A stretch of DNA of 64,000 bases. Origin: Acutalibacteraceae bacterium. GTDB taxonomy: Bacteria; Bacillota; Clostridia; Oscillospirales; Acutalibacteraceae. Shown in pieces: positions 9,178 to 19,723 of the stretch. How positions within the stretch are numbered: the stretch's first letter is position 1; the number at the start of each line of letters is the position of its first letter. Location: assembly GCA_045649005.1 (NCBI GenBank), contig JAZRPC010000078.1:7393-71392 (forward strand). Reading direction: 5' to 3'. A program made the position numbers and the translations under genes. The notes beneath the pieces were generated by a model. It was given only the letters and a program-made list of their open reading frames with translations. It did not search any database and had not been told where the DNA came from.

Positions 9178-10521
9178 TTAACCAACCAATATTTTTTCTT
9201 CGGGTCTGTCTAACGGAACATTCATACGTTTTTCTGCAAGTGAGAGCATCAACGTTAAACCTCCCACACGTCCGCCAAACATTAAAAGAGCAATAATAAT
9301 TTTCGATGCAATGCAGAGGGTGGATGTAATTCCCCGTGTGAGTCCAACCGTGCCCACTGCAGAAATAACTTCAAATAAAACGGTTGAAATGTCGCTGCTT
9401 TCAATAGCAGAGATTACAATAGCCGCAACCAAAGAAGCCGACACGTAAACCGTGAAAATTGCAGATGCCTGTTTGAGTGCATCGTCGGGCAGACGTCTTT
9501 TGAAAATTTGAGGGTGGGTGTCGTGACGTGCGGCAGCAATCATTGAAAGAACAAGCACCGCAAGGGTAGTGGTTTTTAAACCGCCTGCGGTGGAGCCGGG
9601 GCTACCGCCCACAAGCATCAGAATATCGGTTATTATTTCACTACTGTCACCCATAGCGTTTAGGTCAACCGTGTTCATACCCGCAGTTCTTGGGGAAACC
9701 GCCATAAATGCGGCGTTGACTATCTTGTCGAATAAATTCATATCCCTTAATACACCGTTGTATTCAAAAACAAAGAACAGTATCAAGGGTATGAAAACAA
9801 GTGTTGCGGACGTTGATAATACAAGCTTCGAGTGCAGAGAATATTTCTTTAGCTTTGTTTTATATGTTAAAACGTCTGACCAGACGAGGAAACCTATACC
9901 ACCGATAGAAATAAGAAGCATTATGGTTATCAGAACTATCGGGTCATCTGAAAAATGGGTGAATGATGAGAATTTTTCGTATTTACCCATTAAATCGAAG
10001 CCTGCGTTACAGAAAGCGGAGATTGAATGGAACACAGCATTGTAAACACCTTGCCCCCATCCCATTTTCGGAATGAATCTGCAGGCAAGGATAATTGCAC
10101 CAAGCCCCTCGAAAAGAAGAGTGCCTTTAATAATGCGTTTAAGCAGAACAACAACACCACTCAATCTCAGGTTACCCTCTGCCTGCATTAGCAATCTGCG
10201 TTCATACAAGCCAATCCGCTTTTTCAAGAAAACGGAAAAGGTGGATATAAACACCATAAAACCCAATCCGCCGATTTGTATAAGGGTTAAGATAACAATT
10301 TGACCGAAAAGTGACCAATAGGTGCAGGTGTCAAAAACGATAAGACCTGTGACACAGCCGGCACTCGTTGCGGTAAATAACGCATCAATGGGGGAGGTGA
10401 ATTCACCGTTTGCAGATGATATGGGCAGGCACAGCAGGATTGTTCCCAACAGTATCATCATAACAAAGCTCAGAACGATTATCTGAGTGTACGTAAGCTT
10501 TTTGAATAACTTTTTTATCAT
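9178..10521 (-). CDS. trkH: Trk/Ktr potassium transporter membrane subunit (TrkH/KtrB)
   Basis: 447 aa, polytopic, with repeated selectivity-filter-like motifs (TAGCVTGL, CNAGFD, RTAGMN, STAGGLK). Confidence 0.9.
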   Translation of the reverse strand: MIKKLFKKLTYTQIIVLSFVMMILLGTILLCLPISSANGEFTSPIDALFTATSAGCVTGLIVFDTCTYWSLFGQIVILTLIQIGGLGFMVFISTFSVFLKKRIGLYERRLLMQAEGNLRLSGVVVLLKRIIKGTLLFEGLGAIILACRFIPKMGWGQGVYNAVFHSISAFCNAGFDLMGKYEKFSSFTHFSDDPIVLITIMLLISIGGIGFLVWSDVLTYKTKLKKYSLHSKLVLSTSATLVFIPLILFFVFEYNGVLRDMNLFDKIVNAAFMAVSPRTAGMNTVDLNAMGDSSEIITDILMLVGGSPGSTAGGLKTTTLAVLVLSMIAAARHDTHPQIFKRRLPDDALKQASAIFTVYVSASLVAAIVISAIESSDISTVLFEVISAVGTVGLTRGITSTLCIASKIIIALLMFGGRVGGLTLMLSLAEKRMNVPLDRPEEKILVG

Positions 10522-10528
10522 AGTTCAA

Positions 10529-12062
10529 TCAGGCTTTCCAAAATTTTCTGTCAAGACTTCTGTATTGTATAGCCTCAAGAATGTGCTTGTTTTCAATGGT
10601 TTCGCTTCCGTCAAGGTCAGCGATTGTTCTTGAAACCTTTAATATTTTGTCGTAGGCTCTTGCAGATAAGCCGAGCTTTTCAAAGGACATTTCCAAGGTT
10701 TTGGATGCGGCTTCGGAAAGCACGCAAAACTTTCTTGTTAATGCAGAGTTCATTCGTGCGTTACAGCTTATGCCGGTTCCCTCAAAGCGTTCAAGCTGAA
10801 TTTTTCTTGCCGCATTTACTCTTTCACGTATCATTGCGGAGGGCTCAGCCTCCTCTGTGTCTGAAAGGTTGTTGTAATCAACGGGGGGGGACCTCGATAT
10901 GTATATCAAGCCTGTCAAGAAGCGGACCCGAGACCTTTGAAAGATAGCGGGCGGGTGCACCCTTGGGACAGGTGCATTCACGTGTGGGGTGGCTGAAATA
11001 TCCGCAAGGGCAGGGATTCATTGCGCAAACAAGCATAACCGAGCAAGGGTATGTCAGAGCGCAAGCCGCACGGGATATTGTTATTGTGCCGTTTTCAATA
11101 GGCTGGCGCAAAACCTCCATTGTGCTTCTTGAAAATTCGGGCAATTCATCGAGGAATAATACGCCGTTGTGGGCAAGCGAAAGCTCGCCGGGCTTAGGTA
11201 TTGTTCCGCCACCGGAAAGACCGGCGGGTGAAACGGAGTGGTGAGGTGCCCTGAACGGGCGGTAGTTAATTATGGGCTTATCCTTTGAAAGGTGACCCGA
11301 TAACGAATAAATCTTTGTTGTTTCAAGAGCTTCTTCCACAGTTATATCGGGCAAAATTGATGGTATACGCTTTGAAAGCATACTTTTACCCGAGCCGGGT
11401 GGGCCAATCATCATAACGTTGTGCCCGCCTGCGGCGGCAACCTCCAGGGCACGCTTTGCCGCAAACTGACCCTTAACATCCTTGAAATCGGGGAGATAAT
11501 CGGGTAAATCATAGTGTCTGAAGGATTGAAATTCAACGGGTTCAATTTTCACCGTGTCGTTTATGTGGTTAACAAGCTGGTTAAGAGTTGAGACACCGTA
11601 AACGTTGATTCCTTCAATAACAGCGGCTTCTGAGCAGTTGTCAAAGGGAACGTAAACGTCCTTGATACCGTGAGCTTTAGCCGCAATTACCATTGGCAGA
11701 ACACCTTTAATGCCCTTAACTGCACCCGAAAGGGAAAGCTCGCCTACAAAAACTGCATCCTTGTAATCGCCCCTTATTTGCTTTGTGGCTGAAAGAACTG
11801 CAACAGCCATTGGCAAATCGTAGACAGAGCCCTCCTTTTTTATGTCGGCAGGTGCGAGGTTAAAGGTGTGGTGTGAACTCATATGCATCTGAAGACCGGA
11901 GTTGTTTATTGCCGCAACAACTCTTTGCTTTGATTCGCTTACAGCCGTATCCGGCAAGCCAACAACGTCAACGGTAAATTTGCCGCCTGTTATATTAAGT
12001 TCAACGTCAATCATATAGGACTCAAGACCAAGGAGCCCTATACTTTTTATTTTAGCAAACAT
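10529..12062 (-). pseudogene. comM: Mg-chelatase-like ATPase ComM/YifB, frameshifted in a C8 homopolymer
   Basis: Two overlapping ORFs (10878-12062 and 10529-10981) together make a normal ~510-aa YifB, with Walker A GPPGSGKS. The first frame ends ...HIEVPPR*. Removing one C from the run at 10883-10890 gives ...[17 protein letters not shown]..., which continues into the second ORF. Confidence 0.85.
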
Positions 12063-12075
12063 AATTACTCCTCAA

Positions 12076-14928
12076 TTATTCGTCTGTTTCGCTGTTTGTT
12101 TCATCCGCATTTTCAACAGCGACAGGGATATCAACAGTCTCGAAAATTGTTTCCGTTTCTTCTTTATACAATTCGGGCTTGAATTCAAAGAATCCTGTTT
12201 TGCTGATATAGAGAAGAATGAGCATTATAACCAAGGTAATACCGGAAATTACACAGCCCTCAATTAATCCTGTTGGCGTGTATTTTAATCTGATGTCGTG
12301 TTCACCCTTGGTGATTTCAACACCGAGAAGAGCATCGTTGCCGATGGAAACGATTTTATCTTGAGATACTTTTTCACCGTCGATATATACAGACCAGCCT
12401 GTGTCATAGTTTATGGAGGTGTAAAGTATGCCGTTTTCCGAAACGTTTATTTTGCCCTCTATTTCAGTTTCATCAAACTTTTCAATGTTGAGTGAATCTG
12501 CTTTGAGCTGTTTGTAGCCGGCATCAAAGGCGCCCTGATTAAGGCTTACGGCATAAAGATAAATGTAGCCCTCGTTACCCTCTTTAATGGGGGCAAAAAT
12601 TTTGACTGTGTCGCCGGCTTTCATATAGCCAAGGTCCATTACGTAGGGCTTTGTGTCAATAGTCTGTGCAACAACGTTGCCGTCGGGGAGTGTGTAGGTA
12701 ACACTCTGGATGTTTGTTGCACCTGTCTTGAGATAGACGTAAACGTTGCCGCTTTGAATAACCTCAAGGTTAAAGGTGAGTGATGAGCCTGCAACCTCGC
12801 CGGCTGTTTTGTAGGGATAGCATCCTGAGCCTGCAAACATAGCGTCGTTACAGCTTGCGCCAACGCCTGAAATATCGGTTACTTCAACTTCGCTGAAAAC
12901 GTTATATATACCTGTTGCGTAGCCGAACATATCACTCTGCACCTCAAAGGGATTGCTGTTGTCGTGGGACCATTGTGCCATTTCTTCATTAACTCTGAAG
13001 GCAACGGGTAAAGAATATTTATTTTCGTATGCTGTATACTTATCAACCGTGAACAGTTCGTTGTAGATATCGGGGTTCATAGGTGCTTTGGGGCCGTTGA
13101 CGTTATCCACAATATAGTCAAGCGAGAAGAAGGTGTTGTAAATCGGTGTTTGTCTGTGGTAGGTGTAGCTGTTTATGAAGTTACTGAACATACCAAGGTG
13201 GGAGTGCATATTTGAAACCTTTTCATACGCCATCGACGAGAAGGTTGAAACGCCGTTGTAATAATACCAGCAGGGATCCATTCTTGCTCTTAGTGAGGTC
13301 AACTCCATTCTGTAATCATCGTTGCCCTCGTATTCATCGAGCTTTTCTTTCATTTGAGTGAAGCCCTCGTAGTCGCCGACAAAGTTGTGCTTTGTTTGGT
13401 CCATACTGTAGTTGTTTGTGTTGGCAACCGTGTATTCTGCACAAACAGAGCAGAGTATAAGTGCCGCCGCCGCAACAGCGGGGTATTTGTCGCTTTTAAG
13501 AATGCCCAATGCAAGGCAATAGATTCCAATGAATGCAACGCAGACCCATACGCCCGTTTCGCTGAAATTCTTCGAGCCGATTTCCTGAACCATTATTATG
13601 AAAAATACGGTGGCTGTTCCCACGCCGATAATCTGGCGTGATGTGTATTCCTTTATGAAGGTGAGTGCCTTGAAGGCAAAGGTCAGCAAAAGGAATGAGT
13701 ACATATATGAGAATCTGTAGGGCAGGTCGTTGGGGAAGTGAAGACCATGCCAGATAAAGTTGAGGTAGTTGGTGTAAAAGCTTGCGAACATAACACCCAT
13801 AATACCAACGCTGAAAACCTTTTCCTTGAGAGAAACTCTGTTTGAAAAGATAAATAACGGCACAAGCATAACGGTGAGAATGCCGCAATAAATATTGGGT
13901 AAAACATCTTCGCCGCTGCTTCTGATTGTGGGGTCAAGATATGCAAGGTGGTTTGCAAGAAAATCGAAAATTGAGAAATATGTTCTGAATTCCTGCGGCC
14001 ACGTGCCGGACGTTGCGGAGCAGTTTGCGAGAATGTTGTAAACGGGTAAAAGAACGCAGGCAGAAAGCAAGCCGGCACCAACAGAAGCAAAGGCGAATCT
14101 CACACCGCTGTCGAAAAATTTGGAGTTTCTGAGGGTGTTTACGATATTTGTGAAAAAGCCCTTGATTGATTTTTGGCGTTTTGCAAGCTTTCCGAAATAG
14201 GTTTCTGTGAAAGAATAGTTTGCAAAATAGTAATAAATAAAATAAAGAACCGAGAAAATGCAGACCATATAGCCCATATAGTAGTTAGTCACAAGTGTAA
14301 GGGCAAGGGTTATGGTGTACAGCTTCATTTTACGCTGGCTGATGAGCTTTTCAAGACCAAGCATTACAAGGGGGAAAAGGTAAAACGCATCAATCCACAT
14401 TACGTTCCAATAATATGCAATAAAGAAGCCGCTACAGGCGTAAAGCACACCGAAAGCCGATGCAAGAGGCGAGCGGTGGTCGAATTTTTTAGTGATGAAA
14501 TATGAGAATGTAAAGGACGCCAATATAGCCTTGACAAATATCATTGCCGCAATAGCCTCGGGCATATTTTCATGGCCGAAAAGAAGCATAAAAATAAGCG
14601 TCGGAGATGAAAGGTAATTGAAGAAGTTGCCGAGGAAGGGGCCGCCACCGCCGGAGGTCCACGAATAAATAAGGCTGTCACCACCCATTATTCTTTCATA
14701 AAGCTCGGCAAAAAGCGGACCGTATTGGTGGTAAAGGTCCATACGGAGAATGGTTGTTGTGCCGAAGGGCGCAAGGTCATAGCAATAATAGACAACAAGC
14801 ATTATTGCGGCGGTGCAAAGCCCGCCAAGAAAGCAATAGCGTGTGTTGTATGCCTTTCTAGCCAATGGGTTGTGATTGAACTTTTTCTTCAAGAAATTTA
14901 TCATTTGTTTTTCATCCTTTGTTGGCAT
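12076..14928 (-). CDS. YfhO family membrane protein (putative glycosyl transferase/flippase-like)
   Basis: 950 aa with many N-terminal TM helices, a large extracytoplasmic C-terminal region and a final TM. This is typical YfhO architecture. Confidence 0.75.
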   Translation of the reverse strand: MPTKDEKQMINFLKKKFNHNPLARKAYNTRYCFLGGLCTAAIMLVVYYCYDLAPFGTTTILRMDLYHQYGPLFAELYERIMGGDSLIYSWTSGGGGPFLGNFFNYLSSPTLIFMLLFGHENMPEAIAAMIFVKAILASFTFSYFITKKFDHRSPLASAFGVLYACSGFFIAYYWNVMWIDAFYLFPLVMLGLEKLISQRKMKLYTITLALTLVTNYYMGYMVCIFSVLYFIYYYFANYSFTETYFGKLAKRQKSIKGFFTNIVNTLRNSKFFDSGVRFAFASVGAGLLSACVLLPVYNILANCSATSGTWPQEFRTYFSIFDFLANHLAYLDPTIRSSGEDVLPNIYCGILTVMLVPLFIFSNRVSLKEKVFSVGIMGVMFASFYTNYLNFIWHGLHFPNDLPYRFSYMYSFLLLTFAFKALTFIKEYTSRQIIGVGTATVFFIIMVQEIGSKNFSETGVWVCVAFIGIYCLALGILKSDKYPAVAAAALILCSVCAEYTVANTNNYSMDQTKHNFVGDYEGFTQMKEKLDEYEGNDDYRMELTSLRARMDPCWYYYNGVSTFSSMAYEKVSNMHSHLGMFSNFINSYTYHRQTPIYNTFFSLDYIVDNVNGPKAPMNPDIYNELFTVDKYTAYENKYSLPVAFRVNEEMAQWSHDNSNPFEVQSDMFGYATGIYNVFSEVEVTDISGVGASCNDAMFAGSGCYPYKTAGEVAGSSLTFNLEVIQSGNVYVYLKTGATNIQSVTYTLPDGNVVAQTIDTKPYVMDLGYMKAGDTVKIFAPIKEGNEGYIYLYAVSLNQGAFDAGYKQLKADSLNIEKFDETEIEGKINVSENGILYTSINYDTGWSVYIDGEKVSQDKIVSIGNDALLGVEITKGEHDIRLKYTPTGLIEGCVISGITLVIMLILLYISKTGFFEFKPELYKEETETIFETVDIPVAVENADETNSETDE

Positions 14929-15062
14929 TAATATACATAGTAAATAATACCATAACAGTATTTTTCTTTCAATGCTTTTATGGTTTTATTTTTTAATAAA
15001 GGGTTAATTTTGTTCTAAAACGGGACAAGTGAAAATACAATGTTTTGAAAGGACTGGTCAAT

Positions 15063-15983
15063 ATGAAGGAGTTTTTAAATGCCGTGTCGTTATTGCCCCG
15101 TGAATATAGCGAGCTGTTTAGCGGTATTGATAAAAAAATCGTTGAACAAATTCGTGAAATACGTTTCAGAAGCGGTGAAGCCATAACGCTGAACACAAGA
15201 AATGAAAAATATTTCATCAATAAAAGCGGTAGTCTGAGCGTGGCGTATTCTGAGGGTGTAGTCAAGGTCGATGACAAGGGTCTGCAGGAAATTGTGTTCT
15301 GCCTTGCAAGACGGTCGCTTCATACATATCAGGATATGATTGCCAAAGGCTTTATCCCGCTTAAAGGCGGCTGTAAGGCGGGGGTTGCGGGCAGAGCCGT
15401 TATGAAAAACGGCGCCGTGTATTCCGTTTCGCATTTTAATTCGGTGAATATAAGAATATCAAGGGAATATTACGGCTGTTCAAAAGAAATAACGGGTTTA
15501 CTTGGCGGTGATTATGAATCATTTCTCATAATCGGTTCGCCCCTTTCGGGTAAAACCACGTTGTTGCGTGATTTGTGCAGATATTTCTCGGGCAAAAACC
15601 GAATGACTCCTCTGAAAACAGCCATAGTTGACGAGCGTGATGAAATAGCATCAAGGTCCTTCGGCGAGGGACCCGACGTGGGTGTGCACACCGACGTTCT
15701 GACACTTTACCCAAAAGCCGTGGGCATAGAAATAGCCCTGCGTACGCTGTCGCCCGATATAATTGTTGTTGACGAAATCGGCACCGAGGAAGAAGCTAGA
15801 GCTATGCTTTCGGGTATGAACAGCGGTGTTAAATTTATTGCCACCGCACACGGCGATTCCTTTGAAGAGGTGCTGAAAAGACCTAGCATTAAAACGTTGG
15901 TGGACGCAAAGGTTTTCACAAAAGCCATTGTTCTTGAGGGCAAGGGCAAGCCCTGTACAGTACGGGAGATGATTTCGATTTGA
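15063..15983 (+). CDS. spoIIIAA: stage III sporulation protein AA (ATPase)
   Basis: Walker A GSPLSGKTTLLRD and Walker B IVVDEIG. It is the first gene of an eight-gene spoIIIA-order operon. The ATG at 15063 lies inside the track ORF 15045-15983. Confidence 0.9.
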   Translation: MKEFLNAVSLLPREYSELFSGIDKKIVEQIREIRFRSGEAITLNTRNEKYFINKSGSLSVAYSEGVVKVDDKGLQEIVFCLARRSLHTYQDMIAKGFIPLKGGCKAGVAGRAVMKNGAVYSVSHFNSVNIRISREYYGCSKEITGLLGGDYESFLIIGSPLSGKTTLLRDLCRYFSGKNRMTPLKTAIVDERDEIASRSFGEGPDVGVHTDVLTLYPKAVGIEIALRTLSPDIIVVDEIGTEEEARAMLSGMNSGVKFIATAHGDSFEEVLKRPSIKTLVDAKVFTKAIVLEGKGKPCTVREMISI

Positions 15984-16426
15984 GAACGTTTTTTTCGCTG
16001 GTAATGGCAATAAGCTTTGTGTATTTCTGTGTTTGTGATTCACAAAAGCAAAAGAATAAAACCCGGCTTCTGGACGAGGTGGTAAGGTTCGTTGGTTTTG
16101 TTAAAAGTGAATTGAATTACAGGAACTCGGATTATGAATCGCTATACGAGATAAGTCGTGGCGAGGGCTATAAATACATAACCTTTGAAAATAAGAAAAT
16201 AGGTTTGGACGGATGTGCGGAGGATAAGGTTTCGGCGGAGTTTTCGGCTTTTATTGAAAAAATCGGTACAACCGACGGTGAGGGACAATTATCCTTATGC
16301 GATGAGTACAGGGAAAGATTTGTAGATATTCTAAACGTTCAACGTCAGAAAGAGAAGGAAAAGCTCAGAGTTAATACCGCTGTCAGCGTAATGGGTGCGT
16401 TGAGTGTGTTCATTTTCTTTTTGTAG
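15980..16426 (+). CDS. spoIIIAB: stage III sporulation protein AB
   Basis: 148 aa. The call rests on position, size, a TM at each end and an overlapping start with AA. Confidence 0.8.
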   Translation: MRTFFSLVMAISFVYFCVCDSQKQKNKTRLLDEVVRFVGFVKSELNYRNSDYESLYEISRGEGYKYITFENKKIGLDGCAEDKVSAEFSAFIEKIGTTDGEGQLSLCDEYRERFVDILNVQRQKEKEKLRVNTAVSVMGALSVFIFFL

Positions 16427-16434
16427 GAGGCAAA

Positions 16435-16629
16435 ATGGATTTAACGTTAGTTTTTAAGATTGTTATTGTGGGCATAGTCATATCAATAATGAATCAGCTT
16501 TTGCAAAAGGCGGGTAAAGAGGAATACACCCTGCTCACCACAATAGCAGGATTAATTATTGTTCTGATGATGGTTCTGCCTCACATCACCGAGCTGAAAG
16601 ACGTTTTGACGTCTGTGATGGAGTTTTGA
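16435..16629 (+). CDS. spoIIIAC: stage III sporulation protein AC
   Basis: 64-aa two-TM protein in the AC position. Confidence 0.85.
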   Translation: MDLTLVFKIVIVGIVISIMNQLLQKAGKEEYTLLTTIAGLIIVLMMVLPHITELKDVLTSVMEF

Positions 16630-17006
16630 ATGTATTCGTTTTAGCCGGTGCTTCAATAATCGGCATAGTTATGTTATCCGTTCTGAAAAATTCTTCGGGC
16701 GAAATTGCAACAATTGCCCGAATCGGCTTCGTTTTTGTTATATTATTGGCTGTTTTGCCCGAGATTAATACTTTGAAAAATTCTTTAGCTCTTTTGGAGA
16801 AATATGATTTTTTCAGTACCTCGTCTATGAAAATTCTATTTAAAGCATTCGGTATTCTGAGCATCGGCTCTGTTGCGGCGGATATTTGCCGAGATAATTC
16901 AGAGGGTGCAATAGCCAACGTTATTGAGATTTGTGTAAAAATACTTGCCCTTTGCTGTGCATTGCCTGTTTTTACGGCAGTTATCGAGATTGCGGCATCT
17001 TTTTGA
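16626..17006 (+). CDS. spoIIIAD: stage III sporulation protein AD
   Basis: 126-aa four-TM protein. The TTG start overlaps the AC stop, and it sits in the AD position. Confidence 0.8.
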   Translation: MNVFVLAGASIIGIVMLSVLKNSSGEIATIARIGFVFVILLAVLPEINTLKNSLALLEKYDFFSTSSMKILFKAFGILSIGSVAADICRDNSEGAIANVIEICVKILALCCALPVFTAVIEIAASF

Positions 17007-17013
17007 ATTTGAA

Positions 17014-18126
17014 ATGGTAAAAAAGTGTTTAATTTTATTCTTTAGTGTTGTTTTTGCGTTTTTGTTTTCTTTTACCTGCTTTGGCGGGTACGAAAATATT
17101 GATGAATATGCCGAGGAGTTTGATTTTGATGAAATGGTGGATTCCGTTGATGACGAAACTGTTGGTATTCTCAACGAAATAGGCATTGATGAAATAAGCT
17201 ATGAGGATTTGTTTTCTGTAAATCTTCGCAAAATTTCCGAGGTTTTATTTGATTTGTTTAAAAAATCCTTTACCGAGCCATTTTCGTTTCTGGTAACAGC
17301 AATGAGCATTGTTCTTGTAACCTACGTGCTGACTGTTTTCGTTTCGTCAAAGGAAATTGTGGCAACCATAGGCTCCGCCGTGTTGGTGCTTTGCGCCGCT
17401 GTGCCTGTTGCGGGGGCGGTGACTAACGCCTTTTCCGTGCTGGAAGCAACGGGTGCGTTCACAACCGTTTTTACAGGGGTTTTTTGTGCGATTATTTCTT
17501 CGTCGGGCAATATTGCTCTCGGCACGTCATACGCATCGTTGGCGGTGTTTTCGAACGCCACCTTTTCGGGGCTGCTGTCGGGCTTCAGCAAACCCGCCGT
17601 CAGCGCTATGTGCTCACTAAGCTTTCTTTCATGTTTTGACGTTTATAAATTCAGCTCCAAGCTGTCGTCAACAATAAAGAAAATATATATTTCGTTTTTG
17701 GGCTTTGTCGCAACGTTCTTTTCGGGGATTGTTACTCTCAAGGGTGTTCTCGGAGCGGGGGCGGATTCCTTAACCGCAAGAGGTGTTAAGTTTGTTGTGG
17801 GCAGAACCGTTCCCGTTGTGGGCGGCGCCGTGAGTGATACATATTCTGCACTTGTTTCAAGTCTCACGCTTATCAGAAGCACGGTTGGAGTTTTCGGCAT
17901 AGCTACCGTGGTGCTTACCGTTCTGCCAACACTTTTTCAGCTTCTTTCGTGGGTTTTGGTGTTAAACATAGTGATAATGCTCTCCGAATTTCTGGGGAGT
18001 GAGGGTGTTTTCGGAATGCTCGGTGTTTTAAAGGATGCACTTATTCTCTTAGTTGCAACAATCATATTTTCAGCCGTTATTTTTGTTGTGTCGGTTGGTA
18101 TTATTATTTTTATAAAAGGTGTCTGA
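17014..18126 (+). CDS. spoIIIAE: stage III sporulation protein AE
   Basis: Signal/TM N-terminus (MVKKCLILFFSVV...) followed by a polytopic SpoIIIAE-like body. The in-frame ATG at 17014 avoids the overlap with AD implied by the track ORF start at 16945. Confidence 0.85.
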   Translation: MVKKCLILFFSVVFAFLFSFTCFGGYENIDEYAEEFDFDEMVDSVDDETVGILNEIGIDEISYEDLFSVNLRKISEVLFDLFKKSFTEPFSFLVTAMSIVLVTYVLTVFVSSKEIVATIGSAVLVLCAAVPVAGAVTNAFSVLEATGAFTTVFTGVFCAIISSSGNIALGTSYASLAVFSNATFSGLLSGFSKPAVSAMCSLSFLSCFDVYKFSSKLSSTIKKIYISFLGFVATFFSGIVTLKGVLGAGADSLTARGVKFVVGRTVPVVGGAVSDTYSALVSSLTLIRSTVGVFGIATVVLTVLPTLFQLLSWVLVLNIVIMLSEFLGSEGVFGMLGVLKDALILLVATIIFSAVIFVVSVGIIIFIKGV

Positions 18127-18127
18127 A

Positions 18128-18598
18128 ATGGCGGATGTAATTAAAACTGTTCTTTTTAACTATGCTTGTTGTGCCTTTGCGGGCGGGTTTATGGAGTACG
18201 TTTTGCCAGGCAAGGCAAGAGGTATGCTAAAGGGCATTGTGGCGGTTGTTCTTATACTTTCGGTTGCAATACCCATTATTGACTCTGAGGTTGAAATACC
18301 CGATTTTGTGCCTCAACACACCGAAAACGAAAATCAAACGGTTGATAGCCTTATGCATACAGCAAACCTTACCGAAAGAAAAATTAAAAAGGAAGTGCAG
18401 GAAATACTCATAAACGAAGGGGTAAATGAATATGAAATATATGTAACCACAACTGTTGACGAGGGAAGCGTTACTGTTTTTCTTGAGAGTGTGTATATCG
18501 AAGTCGGCAAAGCCTTTCACGATAAAGCGGATACAATATTGCAAAAAATTACAGGTGACTATAAAAGCGTGACAAAAATCGGAGTTAAAAATGAATAA
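18128..18598 (+). CDS. spoIIIAF: stage III sporulation protein AF
   Basis: Two N-terminal TMs plus a soluble domain. The ATG lies 6 nt after the AAAGGTG RBS, in the AF position. Confidence 0.8.
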   Translation: MADVIKTVLFNYACCAFAGGFMEYVLPGKARGMLKGIVAVVLILSVAIPIIDSEVEIPDFVPQHTENENQTVDSLMHTANLTERKIKKEVQEILINEGVNEYEIYVTTTVDEGSVTVFLESVYIEVGKAFHDKADTILQKITGDYKSVTKIGVKNE

Positions 18599-19127
18599 TA
18601 TTTTCACAAAGCTCAGAAAGTTGAATTTATCAAAAAAGCAAACCGCATTTGTTATTATCGGCATAATCGTTTTTATAATTATGGTGGCGGGTGAGCTTTT
18701 GGGCTCGTCAACCGAGATTGATTCTTCAACAGAGGAATCAATAAACTCCGAAGAATACATAAAAAACACCGAAAAAGAGCTAGAAAACATAATCGGAGAT
18801 ATACAGGGGGCGGGCAAGGTTAAGGTTATGATTACCCTTGAAAGCTGCTACGAAAACGTGTATGCAACGGGTTCTAATGTCAAAACAGATGAAGAAGCAG
18901 ATGCCAGCAAGGCTGAATATCAAGAAGAATACATAGTGCTCAAAAACGGCTCAAATAACGAGGAATGTCTTGTTATAAAGGTTTTTGAACCAACGGTAAA
19001 GGGTGTTGCTGTGGTGGCACAGGGTGCAGATAACCCGACTGTTAAAAATGCAATTTTGCAGACGGTGTGTGCTTTGTTTGATATCAGCAGTGCAAAGGTT
19101 TCTGTTGAAAAAATGCAAAATAATTGA
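18591..19127 (+). CDS. spoIIIAG: stage III sporulation protein AG
   Basis: N-terminal TM and a C-terminal ring-forming-domain-like region (GAGKVKVMITLES...VKGVAVVAQGA). Confidence 0.85.
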   Translation: MNNIFTKLRKLNLSKKQTAFVIIGIIVFIIMVAGELLGSSTEIDSSTEESINSEEYIKNTEKELENIIGDIQGAGKVKVMITLESCYENVYATGSNVKTDEEADASKAEYQEEYIVLKNGSNNEECLVIKVFEPTVKGVAVVAQGADNPTVKNAILQTVCALFDISSAKVSVEKMQNN

Positions 19128-19140
19128 GAGGTGGCATAAA

Positions 19141-19677
19141 ATGAATTTGCTAATAAAAAAACGTCAGCTTATACTTGCGATTCTTGTTATCGCTCTGGGT
19201 GCCGCAGTATTTGTTAATTGGTACTATTCGGGTGAAAATTCCAACGTTAAAAACCCCGTGGAAACAACAGACGGCGAATACGTGCAGAATCTTGGCGAGG
19301 CAAAATATGTTAACGCAAGCGGTGAAGCCGTTAACTATTTTGACGAGGTTAAGCTCAACAGGCAAAAGACAAGGGATGAAGCCCTCGACAAGCTCAATAA
19401 ATCGCTTAAAAGTGCAAAAAGCGGCTCAAAAGAGGCGGGGGAAATCACGGCTTCAATAGATAAGCTGTCAACAACAATAAAGCTCGAAAGCGATGTCGAA
19501 GCACTTATCGGCGCCAAGCTTTCAAGCGAGTGTGTTGTGGTTTTAAATGAAAGCTCGGCACAGGTCGTTGTGGCAAAGGGAGCCCTGAGTGGTGATGCAG
19601 CTTTACAGATAATGGATATTATTACCTCAAACACAGCTCTCGACTCTTCACAGATAGCTATTACCGAATCGAAATAA
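19141..19677 (+). CDS. spoIIIAH: stage III sporulation protein AH
   Basis: ATG at 19141 (MNLLIKKRQLILAILVIALGAAVFVNWY) follows a GAGAGGTGG RBS. It has an N-terminal TM and is the last gene of the operon. Confidence 0.8.
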   Translation: MNLLIKKRQLILAILVIALGAAVFVNWYYSGENSNVKNPVETTDGEYVQNLGEAKYVNASGEAVNYFDEVKLNRQKTRDEALDKLNKSLKSAKSGSKEAGEITASIDKLSTTIKLESDVEALIGAKLSSECVVVLNESSAQVVVAKGALSGDAALQIMDIITSNTALDSSQIAITESK

Positions 19678-19680
19678 TAA

Positions 19681-19709
19681 AAGAGGAACACTAATGTGTT
19701 CCTCTTTTA
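19681..19709. terminator. bidirectional terminator
   Basis: Stem aagaggaacac / gtgttcctctt, loop taat, then a T-run. Confidence 0.75.
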
Positions 19710-19723
19710 CTATTTTAGCTTTT

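Noticed and set aside
10529-10981. 150-aa ORF treated as an independent gene.
   Set aside because: Its first ~35 residues are out-of-frame read-through. From PPVDYNNL onward it is the C-terminal part of ComM/YifB. I merged it with 10878-12062 as one frameshifted gene.
14929-15062. Possible sigma-E/sigma-G sporulation promoter in front of spoIIIAA (aaatacaat as a -10-like element).
   Set aside because: The match to the consensus is too weak to call by eye without a weight matrix.
16945-17013. N-terminal extension of the SpoIIIAE ORF. Likewise 19003-19140 for SpoIIIAH and 31411-31539 for the second fusion protein.
   Set aside because: The extensions overlap upstream genes or leader RNA and lack RBSs. 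Internal ATGs with good RBSs give canonical N-termini.
18227-18817. 196-aa antisense ORF across spoIIIAF/AG. Similar cases are 7513-8079 inside the LRR gene and 1233-1718 inside the mutase gene.
   Set aside because: These are shadow ORFs opposite well-supported genes in conserved operon context.
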